Below are positions 51,433-61,363 of a stretch of DNA of 64,000 bases, piece after piece. The notes below the pieces were generated by a model. That model did not search any database. It worked only from the letters and a program-made list of their open reading frames with translations, and was not told where the DNA came from. Origin of the DNA: a virus. Taxonomy: Duplodnaviria > Caudoviricetes. Location of the stretch: positions 225,235 to 289,234 of IMG/VR virus record IMGVR_UViG_3300035498_000877; one strand, 5' to 3'. Position 1 is the stretch's first letter. The number at the start of each line of letters is the position of its first letter. The translations under genes and the position numbers were made by a program.

Positions 51433-54400
51433 ATGCGAATTAAGTTTTCACGTATTAATTTCGAAGAAATGTGTGCATGGGACATTATTAATGACAAAGG
51501 ATTTTTAATTAATGATACACCATTTGCAGACATTGACAAATCAATACGTAACATGGATGGACCTAGATCACCACGATTTGGTACTACCTATGGAGATACA
51601 AATGAGTTCATGGACAGATACAGATGTGATTGTGGTAAAACATTTGGAGCAGCATTTGAAGGAGAAAAATGTCCTCACTGTGGACATATTGTAGAGTACA
51701 AAGATGTAGATATGTTATACACGGCGTATTTGAATTTTTATCCGTTTCACGTAATCAACCCGCTGATGTACCATAGGCTGCAGTCGGCATTATCTAAAAA
51801 GAACTTAGAAAATATTATATCAAATGAAAATATAATTACATCTGCTGGTATAATAAGAAAACATAATGATCAGATAGAAGTAAAGAAATCTATGTTATTG
51901 TATCATAACATTGGATTGAAAGAATTCTATGATAATTATGAAGAGATTATGGAGTATTATAAATCTAAGAGAAAGATAAAAGCTGATTTAATAGATCAAC
52001 TAATTAGAGATAAAGATTTAGTATGGACATCCAAGATTCCTGTATATAGTACTACATTAAGACCAATGGGAATATCATCTGAATCTTATTTCTTTAATTC
52101 ATTAGATAAACAGATATATCCATTGACAAATATCTCACTGAATCTGAGAAAAGCATCTGCCATTGAAGTTCCATTATATTTGTATCAGGCACAGATGAGA
52201 GTTAATGAATTATGGAATCTTAACTTTTCTCTTATTGATGGAAAATATGGATGGATACGATCTCAAGTACTTGGCGGTGAGTTCAATTATTCGAGTGAAT
52301 TTAAATGGCCCGTCACTTCGTAATTGCTGGAACGCCTTCAGAGCCTAAATAACCGCAGCTGGTGGTGACATGCAGTGTAGCAGATAGTATAACGACTATC
52401 GGATGGTAAAATCATTTAGGATTAGGTAATCATAAGCAGCTAATTAACTATCTTAAATTATAAATTAAATCTGGTAATATATTATAAAAGAAAGGAGGTA
52501 GATATCATGAAAGATAAATTAACTAAAAAATTACTTAAAGATCAAGAAAAAGAATTAAACAAAAGATCTATGGAATTATTTGGCAAATGTTATGCTGAGT
52601 TAATGATTGCTGAGATTACTAAATTAGATCAGTATATGAAAGATTTAGCCAATCCACAATGGAAACGAGTGATAATCGATAATATAGTTACTTCTTATGA
52701 AGTTAATAATGTTGGTGAAGTCAGAAATATAAATACTGGGCATATTAAAGAACACCAAATAAATCAAGATGGATATAACCGCATTTCAATGTGGTATAAT
52801 AATAAACAAAGGAAATTCCAGAATGTTCATAGATTAGTTGCAATAGCTTTTATTCCTAATCCAGAAAATAAACCTCAAGTAAATCATAAAAATGTCAATA
52901 AACAATGTAACTGGGTTGGTAATTTAGAATGGGCTACTGCTAGCGAAAATCAAATTCATGCATATATTCATGATCTTCATATTCCAAAAACTGGTACTGA
53001 ATATTGGAATTGCAAACATACAGAAGAACAAGTTCATCAAGTATGTAAATTGCTTGAAAGATCTATTCCAATAAATAAAATTGCTAATAAGCTAAATGTT
53101 ACTGAAGCATTTGTCATTGGAATAAAATATGGTAATTGGGGATATATTCGTGCCCAGTATGATATTCCTCCATCAAATACTTATGGAGATAGAACCCAAG
53201 AGCAAGTTGATATAATAAATAACTTGATAAGGAATGGGTGTAGAAATAGGAAATATATACTTAGCCAAGCAGGTTTACCAGATACCAAGACTAATATATC
53301 ATACGTGAAATATCGTATTAAAATTTATAATGAGATAGCTAAAGGTTCAACGACTATCGAATGCTCAGATGCTGGAAGAAATACCACATCATAAGTACTC
53401 GTTACCCCCTAAGCCAATGAGGGCCAGTAAGCGTGAGCAGCTGGAGTAATGGGAAGTGAAGTGCTCTATATATTTGGTAATAGAGTATATAGGGAAGATA
53501 TAGTCTCAACTACAGAAATGTACTTCATACTTGAAATAGTATGTCGTCTACTGAGAGGTAGAGAAGCATTAAGTTGCTGCTAGTATGTTGCGAATACTAG
53601 TGTAAGATATTGCGTGCAGTTATAGTTCTTGATCCAACTCTTCATATAGATGAAGTAGATGTATCATATAAACAATTTATAGTTCAATATAAAGGATTAA
53701 TAATAAAACATATTATAGCAGATAAAGGATGGACTGTTACAAAGACATCAAATTATTTAGCATCTAAATTCAAATTTGATGAATATGTATACAGTATCAT
53801 GTGTAAAATAATTGAAGAAGAATGCCCGAGGTTGATACTCAACCGCAATCCTCAACATGTGGGATAAACTGACCTAATTGCGGGAATATCTTGTTAGACT
53901 TATACTACTAACTTTAGATAGCAATATACTAAAGGGCAATGGGTAATTCCAAAGGTATAGTAAAAAGGTATAAGATAGAGACAATCGACGCAGCGAAGTA
54001 TCTATTAATAGATATGAGTTCAACGACTATCCCATTGGATTCTATATGAATCAACAGGAGTACGGCTACAAGCTAATGGTAGCGGGTGAAATTCCCTTAA
54101 TTGGAAAAGGCAGCTCTAATATTATTAGAGAGATATAGTCTCAACTGTAGAAATACACTTCATACTTGAAATAGTATGTCGTCTACTGAGAGGTAGAGAA
54201 GCATTAAGTTGCTGCTAGTATGTTGCGAGTACTAGTGTAAGATAATGACAATTACATTTGGTAGTATTTTACTAATGAAAATACGGAAAGTAAAGATGGA
54301 TGCAAATGACTACACATTAGCGATTCCATCAGCAATTTTACCGGGTCAACAGGCGGCCCATCCTCTCTTATATGCGGGAAAGCATTGTGCCTAACAATGG

Positions 54401-56255
54401 CCTGGATAATACTGGGTGCCTAAGAGCTTTAACTACCAAGTTATATTAGTGATGATATGATGGATGAAGTAACTATTCATGTATGGTAAAAAGGTTAAAG
54501 ATATATGGTCAATCCGCAGGGAAGATAATTGATTATCAACTATCACCCTCAACGACTATCCCTGTGAAGGGAGTAGATTCTAAAGCTAATGTAGAATCGA
54601 AATGAGATGTCATGATAAATTATTATGAAAGATATAGTCTAGTATCCTAGCGAATAGTTAGGGAAGTTCATAAGAGAACTGCACAGAGTTGCGACCTGTG
54701 TGAATAGTACGCTTAATGCTGACTTAACGTCTTCCCAGTCGAGGTCAGCCTAAACTCTTCTAATTGCGGGAAACTTATAATAGGATTCTATATACCAAAT
54801 TATCATGGTGACATAGATAGTGGCAAGAGGTAATATCTCAAGGTATGGTAACAAATATGGAATTATCAAGTAATCGACGCAGCGAAGTATCTAGTAATAG
54901 ATATGAGTTCAGAGACTATCGAAAACATAGTATGAATAGTGATATTCATATGAAGAAGTGAGTAGAGTAGGGCCATATAAAATATATGGTGGGGTTGGGA
55001 TCCCTTAAATCCAAACGGAGAGTTCTATGAGAGTATGAGTAGTTATCCACACTCCCATAGTGAAGATATAGTCCTTTAAATAATTATTATTCTGATTTAT
55101 TATCTTTATATTCTAATGGTGGCAACAAAGTAAATCCTGGAAAATATTCCATTTTGATTTTAGGATTTGTTTCATTGATATATAAAGATATAGTATTATA
55201 TAAACCTTTGTAAAATTCTTTAGCTTTGTCAGAATGACGATCTTGAGTACGAGCATTTTGATCATTCAATACTGCACTATTTAATATGTATGCACGCTTT
55301 TCATCATTAATATAAAATGAAAACCAGCCTTTGTATGGTTTACCTGTACGCACAGAATTCTTTATTATATCTTTTGAAGTTCCAACAAAATTACCAAATA
55401 GTTTCATTGATTCAGATAAGATTATTTGCTGTTGATTCATATTAATTGATATGATTGGTTCTGAACGAAGTCGTTTACCATTAATGGTCATTCCATATGT
55501 TCTAATTGATGGATATAATCCTTCACCTGTACTACTTAGATTATAGCCATTCTTTATTGTGTCATACTTATTAATGAAATACTCTTCAGCAGCTTTATGA
55601 TTGTATTTATTTGTTTCTGCAATTGGATACATTATAAAATTATTGAATCCTTCATTAGCCATAGCTTTTATGATAGGTCGATTTGCATGTTTACTGGTGT
55701 TTTTATTCTCCTTAATACAGTTATATTCATATAAATAATGCGACGCTCGTTTCTTAAGTGGATTTAATGGGTTAGGATTTCTAACATCTGTCCATTTGGA
55801 ATAAACCGAACCTATATATTTCTGATGGTTAGTTTTATTCTCAATACAGTAAATATATCCATATGGTGGTGAACCATTTGGGGTTTGTTCTTTAAACTTA
55901 TTGGGGATAGGTTTGTCAATAAGAAATTGTTCCATTAGTTCACGATTTTGTTTTAGTTTTTCTTCACTTGCCATATTATTACATCCTTTCTTAATTTCCA
56001 CACTTCAGGTGGGATAGATTTTTAGGTATCATATTAATAATATGTAAGTGAAAAATAAGGTTTTATTAGAATAATTAATTATCCCATGTTGACGGAGATG
56101 TACTTAATAATTTAGCATTAACAATGGAAGAATTTTGGGAGATGTTTGATGGATTTTCCCCTACTAACATGTTGATAGATAGAACTAATTCATCTATCAA
56201 ATATGATTGTTCTGCATTGGAAAATGTTACGTTAGCAATCTTATCAGATAATTAA
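51433..56255 (+). CDS. RNA polymerase beta-prime N-terminal subunit (non-virion type); exons 51433-52296, 53613-53852, 54248-54346, 54712-54724, 56089-56255 (460 aa)
   Basis: Zn finger CDCG..CPHC; spliced motifs GGEFNYSS|RAVIV, LNRNP|TI, LPG|LNADF|DGDVLN; the exons total 1383 nt in frame. Confidence 0.92.
52297..53612 (+). mobile_element. Group I intron 1 of beta-prime, with HNH ORF
   Basis: Exon ends in U; IGS GCCCG (one mismatch); core elements present; terminal G before CGT GCA GTT. Confidence 0.87.
52507..53394 (+). CDS. NUMOD4-HNH homing endonuclease
   Basis: YEVNNVGEVRN, VHRLVAIAFIPNP, VNHKN, NLEWAT..EN..H; the 3' end runs through the P7 element (STTIE). Confidence 0.9.
   Translation: MKDKLTKKLLKDQEKELNKRSMELFGKCYAELMIAEITKLDQYMKDLANPQWKRVIIDNIVTSYEVNNVGEVRNINTGHIKEHQINQDGYNRISMWYNNKQRKFQNVHRLVAIAFIPNPENKPQVNHKNVNKQCNWVGNLEWATASENQIHAYIHDLHIPKTGTEYWNCKHTEEQVHQVCKLLERSIPINKIANKLNVTEAFVIGIKYGNWGYIRAQYDIPPSNTYGDRTQEQVDIINNLIRNGCRNRKYILSQAGLPDTKTNISYVKYRIKIYNEIAKGSTTIECSDAGRNTTS
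53853..54247 (+). mobile_element. Group I intron 2 of beta-prime (395 nt)
   Basis: ATCCT pairs with GGGAT; AATTGCGGGAA, TTCAACGACTA, GATATAGTC; ends GATAATG. Confidence 0.9.
54347..54711 (+). mobile_element. Group I intron 3 of beta-prime (365 nt)
   Basis: GGGT pairs with GCCC; ATGCGGGAAA, CAATCCGCAG, TCAACGACTA, AAGATATAGTC; ends TAGTACG. Confidence 0.9.
54725..56088 (+). mobile_element. Group I intron 4 of beta-prime with antisense GIY-YIG ORF
   Basis: GCTGACT pairs with GGTCAGC; GTCGA pairs with 3' exon TTGAC (P10); TTCAGAGACTA, AAGATATAGTCC; ends CCCATG. Confidence 0.88.
55087..55974 (-). CDS. GIY-YIG homing endonuclease (antisense within intron)
   Basis: GYIYCIEN...YIGS, R, E, GYN; AAAGGA RBS before ATG 55974. 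Confidence 0.85.
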   Translation of the reverse strand: MASEEKLKQNRELMEQFLIDKPIPNKFKEQTPNGSPPYGYIYCIENKTNHQKYIGSVYSKWTDVRNPNPLNPLKKRASHYLYEYNCIKENKNTSKHANRPIIKAMANEGFNNFIMYPIAETNKYNHKAAEEYFINKYDTIKNGYNLSSTGEGLYPSIRTYGMTINGKRLRSEPIISINMNQQQIILSESMKLFGNFVGTSKDIIKNSVRTGKPYKGWFSFYINDEKRAYILNSAVLNDQNARTQDRHSDKAKEFYKGLYNTISLYINETNPKIKMEYFPGFTLLPPLEYKDNKSE

Positions 56256-56261
56256 TAATAT

Positions 56262-56294
56262 AAGAGAGGGATACTAATCCCTCTCTTTATTTTT
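56262..56294 (+). terminator. Intrinsic terminator after beta-prime exon 5
   Basis: AAGAGAGGGA/TCCCTCTCTT plus T tract; supports the reconstructed gene end. Confidence 0.7.
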
Positions 56295-56363
56295 TACCAA
56301 TAAATAAAGCTCTATTAGTTATTAAATAACACAAAATAAATACTAGAAAGGAGATATACTATT

Positions 56364-57655
56364 ATGAGCAAGAAGTACTTGGGGGGGGGGGTTCATTAAA
56401 ATCCCTAATACAAACTATATTAACAACATTTCCAACAAGTGAAATTACTGAAGATGAAATAAATGATATGTACTATCCTAAATATGGATTTAGTATAGAT
56501 CAAACACAATCTGATCCTAATAATGTAATATCATATATAGGATTAAATAAAGACTATACACCAGTACATATGGATTATGATAATGATGTATTTGATTATG
56601 GTGATTGGGGCAATGCATTCTTTATTAAGAATCTTAGACCATGTATGTTAAATTATAATGGTACTGAAGCATACTTATTAGATCCTAATGATTATACTAA
56701 GAAACTAGACGGTACTGATTCAGATGCTACTAATTCTGACTTTGCTGGTAATGTGATGGTAGGAATACCTAAAGTATATTTTAAGATAGTACCTATAGAT
56801 GATGACCATTGTAATTTCTATTTTTCTGAAACTAAAAGAGATGGATATCATTGTTGGGCACATATTAACAATTATGGTGATGAGGTACCTTATATGTATA
56901 TGCCAGCATATGATGGTAGTAATGTAGATAGTGTATTACGTAGTATTAGCGGATTAGACGCTATTTGGAAAGCTGAAAACATACAAATTATAGCTGATTA
57001 TGCATATGCTAATAATCAAGATGATGATAATATATGGTCTATGAATACATATAGTGATTGGTTATTAATAGTATTATTATCACTATTAATATCTAAAACT
57101 ACAGATAGCAAAACAGCATTTGGCAAGGGTAATTATTCTGCCAGATCTACTCAGAATTATGGTATGATTAAATCAGGTACTATGGATCAAAAAGGATTAT
57201 TCTGGGGTAGTACTGATAATACAATTGGTGTTAAAATATTTGGTATTGAAAACTTCTGGGGAAATATTAATAGATTAATGTATGGATTAATAAATTATTA
57301 TGGTACTCAGAAAGTAAAACTTACATATGGTACACAAGATGGTAGTACAGTAGAAGGATATAACTTTACAGGTGATGGATATATAGAAGCTGGTTCTACA
57401 CTTCGAGGTTCAAATCGCTTATACTATTTATCCAAAATGACATTTACTGAAAATGGTATATTCATTAAAGACATATCAGGAACTGCAGGTACTACATATG
57501 GTAATACAATACCCTATTATGATCATAGTAAATTGGAGATAGCTTGTATTGGAAACAATACAGGATACACGTTATTATTGGGTATATATTTCATTACAAA
57601 TTCATCGTCATATGCAGGTGGTTCTCCCAAATGCCTACCAAAATTAGTAAGTTAA
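56364..57655 (+). CDS. Fibre/receptor-binding-like protein (GIENFWGN, probable C-type-lectin-like fold); frameshifted at a G11 tract
   Basis: AAAGGAG + ATG 56364 reads MSKKYLGGGVH*; the -1 frame is open into ORF 56468-57655. Confidence 0.7.
56381..56391 (+). repeat. G11 homopolymer in the fibre-gene 5' cassette
   Basis: GTACTT-G11-TTCATTAAAATCCCTAAT. Confidence 0.9.
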
Positions 57656-57796
57656 ATTATTTTATTTATATAAATATTTGAAATATGTTTTAATAGTAGT
57701 GGGAAATATTTCCCACTACTATCAAATTTTATTTCCATTATTCAGTTATATATTATTATCGTATACATAGAACAAAAATCTAGGAGGTATAAAAAT

Positions 57797-58612
57797 ATGT
57801 ATAATGAAACTGAAAATTCAATGGATGTAAGGACTAGTATTATTTCATGTGAAAACAAAATATTGGCAGGTAATATTTCATTTGTACTAAATACTATGTT
57901 TGGAAAAGTTCTGGTGGAAGTAAATCCACCTGAAGAAACTTTTGAATTTATGCATCCAACAAAAGTATTTGAATTTAAAAATGCACCAATGACATCTATT
58001 GTTAAATCGGCTGAAGGGAAGTTTGACTTCTATATTGCTATGAGAATTACTGGTAATAGGATTACTGATCACTATGTAATTATTGAAGGATTGGTACATA
58101 CTATTCTTCTATCAATGGGACTATCTGACAATGTCGACTTAGCTATTGATAATGATGTTGTTGATGCAGCTACTCTATCATATGTACTAAATTGTGATTC
58201 ACCTGTATTGCCAAATGAAAGATTAACTGAAGAAGTTATTAAGTTAAATTTCAAACTATTCCAGAGAAGAAAACCAGTAATAATTAAAATGGTAAATGAG
58301 ATGATATCTACAAGAAGAGATCATGCGGAAAAAATTATTACATGGGCTAATAGATCTTATGATGACCATATCAAAGCTGAATATGAACAGATGATTGCTG
58401 AAGGTAGGGAATATAAAGATACAAAATGGATCAATGTATTCAGTAAGGAATTATATGCAATTGCATTATATACACAGAAAGAATATACAGCAAATGTTAA
58501 GGATATTCAATCATCACTATTAGCAATAAAAGAAATAGAGGACGAAAATAACAGTAAACAAAATATTCCTGCATATAAAAATGCAGAAGAAGAAATAGTA
58601 GAAGGAGAATAA
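57797..58612 (+). CDS. Hypothetical protein
   Basis: AGGAGG RBS and upstream TATATTAT. Confidence 0.75.
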   Translation: MYNETENSMDVRTSIISCENKILAGNISFVLNTMFGKVLVEVNPPEETFEFMHPTKVFEFKNAPMTSIVKSAEGKFDFYIAMRITGNRITDHYVIIEGLVHTILLSMGLSDNVDLAIDNDVVDAATLSYVLNCDSPVLPNERLTEEVIKLNFKLFQRRKPVIIKMVNEMISTRRDHAEKIITWANRSYDDHIKAEYEQMIAEGREYKDTKWINVFSKELYAIALYTQKEYTANVKDIQSSLLAIKEIEDENNSKQNIPAYKNAEEEIVEGE

Positions 58613-58616
58613 AATT

Positions 58617-59351
58617 ATGGGATTAAATGAAACGATTAAAAGGAATACAGAAAATGAACATGTGACATATAATTTTATTGTAGATTTAACATTATCAGCA
58701 TTCATAGATGATGATTATGGAGTAAAGATTGCTCGCTCAAATCCGCATAGTGAGTATCTATACTATCGTGATGTATTAAATAGAAACTATGATAATATTA
58801 TGGAGCGAGAAAGAGAGTATTATTCATTATTACATAAAACTCAATTACCAGAGATGCCATTAGAATTAATTCAAGTGATAGTTCCTCTTGGATTTAATGA
58901 TGACACTCACCAAGGTACTGAAATGTTTGTGCTTAAATGCGAAGAAGATAATTTAATATATGTTATTGATCATGATGTAATTCCAGTTTATATGCCAGCA
59001 GAATTATTTGCATATAATAAGGAAGGAGATTATCAATATATTTCAATTGAAAGATATGGCATTTGGAAAGAAAAAGATGGAGATTTTTATTTCGAACCAA
59101 AAAATTTGAATGATTTCTATTCTGACCAATGGGATTATAAATCATATCTAAATAATGATCATATCAGAGTTCCATCATATAAAGGATGTGAATTGAGTAG
59201 AGTTACATTTAATCTTTCACTTAAACTAAATAATATGGATTATGGATATGGACCATTTGAAAATGCATTGCGTAGAAAATGTGAGGGGACATATGAAGAT
59301 TATCACATGGAGTATGGAATTCTAACTGTTGATAAAATAAAGAAGAAATAA
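58617..59351 (+). CDS. Hypothetical protein, tandem paralog A
   Basis: LELIQVIVP, YMPAEL, YGPFENALR. Confidence 0.72.
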   Translation: MGLNETIKRNTENEHVTYNFIVDLTLSAFIDDDYGVKIARSNPHSEYLYYRDVLNRNYDNIMEREREYYSLLHKTQLPEMPLELIQVIVPLGFNDDTHQGTEMFVLKCEEDNLIYVIDHDVIPVYMPAELFAYNKEGDYQYISIERYGIWKEKDGDFYFEPKNLNDFYSDQWDYKSYLNNDHIRVPSYKGCELSRVTFNLSLKLNNMDYGYGPFENALRRKCEGTYEDYHMEYGILTVDKIKKK

Positions 59352-59381
59352 TCATAATATTTATTGGAAGGGATTGATATA

Positions 59382-60068
59382 ATGGATGTGCCTATATATG
59401 GTTATTTTAAGAGAAATCCTAAATATGGATTAAAAAATGATTATATAATCAATTTGAAATTATTAGGATCACTTTATACATATCATGATGCTAAATCAAT
59501 TAATGATTATGCACATTATGGTGATATTTATGAATATTATCATGATATGCTTAAATTAAACTATATGAAAAACAAAAGTGATGATTATGCTAATTGTGAA
59601 ATACCAATTGAATTCATTCAAGTATTGGCTCCAGTTTGTTTAGAATTTGATGGGAATATTGATAGAACTGAATATGCATCATTGAAATTAACTTGTTACG
59701 ATAATAAAATCTATCAAATCTATCAATTTAGTAATATTATCTTTCCAGAATATATCCCAGCAGAATTATTAGCCTTCGTAAAAGAAGGCTATCATTCTCA
59801 TTTAACGATAATTTGTTATGGAACATGGGAAAAATATGGAGATGATGAAGATCTGTTCTATTTTCTTCCTAATGAAATAAACGGCTATAATTTATATAGA
59901 TCTCATTTTAAAATGTTGGAAGATGGAAATAATGGTTTCAATGGTTCTGATTGGGAATCATTAGTCCGCATTACACTTGAGTGTGATATTAAATGGGATA
60001 ATATTTCTAATGGGTATGGGTTATTTGAGAATGCATTAAGGTACAAATGCCATATGTTATATAAATAA
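59382..60068 (+). CDS. Hypothetical protein, tandem paralog B
   Basis: IEFIQVLAP, YIPAEL, YGLFENALR. Confidence 0.72.
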   Translation: MDVPIYGYFKRNPKYGLKNDYIINLKLLGSLYTYHDAKSINDYAHYGDIYEYYHDMLKLNYMKNKSDDYANCEIPIEFIQVLAPVCLEFDGNIDRTEYASLKLTCYDNKIYQIYQFSNIIFPEYIPAELLAFVKEGYHSHLTIICYGTWEKYGDDEDLFYFLPNEINGYNLYRSHFKMLEDGNNGFNGSDWESLVRITLECDIKWDNISNGYGLFENALRYKCHMLYK

Positions 60069-60169
60069 AAGAGGGGTTTATACCCCTCTTTTATTTTTTT
60101 ATACAATTTGATAAAAATATAAAAGTAAATAATGTTATTAAATATGATTATTGACAAGGAGGGATTTAT

Positions 60170-60616
60170 ATGAAAGAAGCATTGAGTTCAATTTCTACTA
60201 CTGTTTTAATTCCTGCATTAACAACAATTGCATCAGTAGTATTAGTATTTATATCTAATTATGTAAAGAAAGCAGTTGAATCATTTCAAGCAAAGAATGA
60301 TCTTGAGCAGTTAAAGAAATTAAATGAGATTAAAACTACATTATTGGATCAAATAGAAACAGTTACAAAATCAGTAGTAGCTTCTAAGATGCAAATTGCA
60401 TTAGGATATAAGAAAGAAAATACAGATGGGCATTTAACTGATGAACAATCAACTGAATTAAAAACTAAAGCTAAAGAAGAAGTATTGGCAATGCTTCCAA
60501 ATTCACTGACAGAAGACGATGGATCATTGCTATCAATAATAGGAAGTAAAGAAAAGTTAAATTTGATAATAGACAGTTTCATAGAAAAATATGTATATGA
60601 ATATAATAATAAATAG
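60170..60616 (+). CDS. Holin-like membrane protein
   Basis: Single N-terminal TM helix plus helical soluble domain (LL-H-holin-like layout). Confidence 0.5.
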   Translation: MKEALSSISTTVLIPALTTIASVVLVFISNYVKKAVESFQAKNDLEQLKKLNEIKTTLLDQIETVTKSVVASKMQIALGYKKENTDGHLTDEQSTELKTKAKEEVLAMLPNSLTEDDGSLLSIIGSKEKLNLIIDSFIEKYVYEYNNK

Positions 60617-60643
60617 AAGAGAGTATTAAACTCTCTTCTATTT

Positions 60644-61207
60644 TTATTTAAATAATATTTGATGTATTAAATCTGATATCGGTGCCCATATTTTATAAAT
60701 ATAAAATATGGGTAATGGCATTGTCATTTTAAATTTATTAGAACTGAATCTGAATACTTTAATATCCATTAACCATTTGCATATCTTTAGTTTTGAAAAT
60801 TCAATATTTTCATAATCAGGTAAATACCACTTTGGTTCTCTTGTAGATATATAGTAGTCAGGAATATCTTTGAATAACCATTTAAATTGTGATGATGTTA
60901 TATCAATATAGAATGTATATTTATCTATAATCATTACTACCCATGTATGTTCATAACTCCAGTATTCTGATTTTACTCTTGGAGTATGTCGTAATTCTCC
61001 ATGTATCATCTTACAATATATTTCAGAACCTATTGCCTGGTTTAATTTATTTATTCTATTTATAAATGATTGAGAAGCTTCATTGCATAATCCTTTATAA
61101 TTGTAATATTTTTTAGAATAAATATTATACTTACTCGATAATTCTCTATTCCTGATATCATCTACGAAAGGCATTATTATATTATTAATTACATCTTTCT
61201 TTTTCAT
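60644..61207 (-). CDS. Papain/transglutaminase-like Cys-His-Asp protein
   Basis: GLCNEAS, EHTWV, YIDIT..QF. Confidence 0.5.
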   Translation of the reverse strand: MKKKDVINNIIMPFVDDIRNRELSSKYNIYSKKYYNYKGLCNEASQSFINRINKLNQAIGSEIYCKMIHGELRHTPRVKSEYWSYEHTWVVMIIDKYTFYIDITSSQFKWLFKDIPDYYISTREPKWYLPDYENIEFSKLKICKWLMDIKVFRFSSNKFKMTMPLPIFYIYKIWAPISDLIHQILFK

Positions 61208-61210
61208 GAT

Positions 61211-61363
61211 TTACTCCGTGAAGTATTGTATCTCATCTTCTTCTGTATTTACCTTTTCAAGATTGACACCTTCTTCTAATTTCTTCTTTTTGTTCATACT
61301 ATTCAGATACTTTTTATCATTGTCTGAATTACTTTTAATTATTTTAACAAATTCATCATTCAT
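61211..61363 (-). CDS. Small 50-aa ORF
   Basis: AAAGGAG RBS; overlaps the upstream ORF and abuts the next gene. Confidence 0.55.
   Translation of the reverse strand: MNDEFVKIIKSNSDNDKKYLNSMNKKKKLEEGVNLEKVNTEEDEIQYFTE

Noticed and set aside
20387-53867. Listed starts at 20387, 49506 and 53610 as independent genes
   Set aside because: These starts lie inside intron 3' ends; the ORFs are downstream exons.
9358-56255. Stop-codon reassignment or pseudogenisation as the cause of the broken RNAP and nrdD genes
   Set aside because: Every break is explained by a group I intron with correct boundaries, and other genes are long under the standard code.
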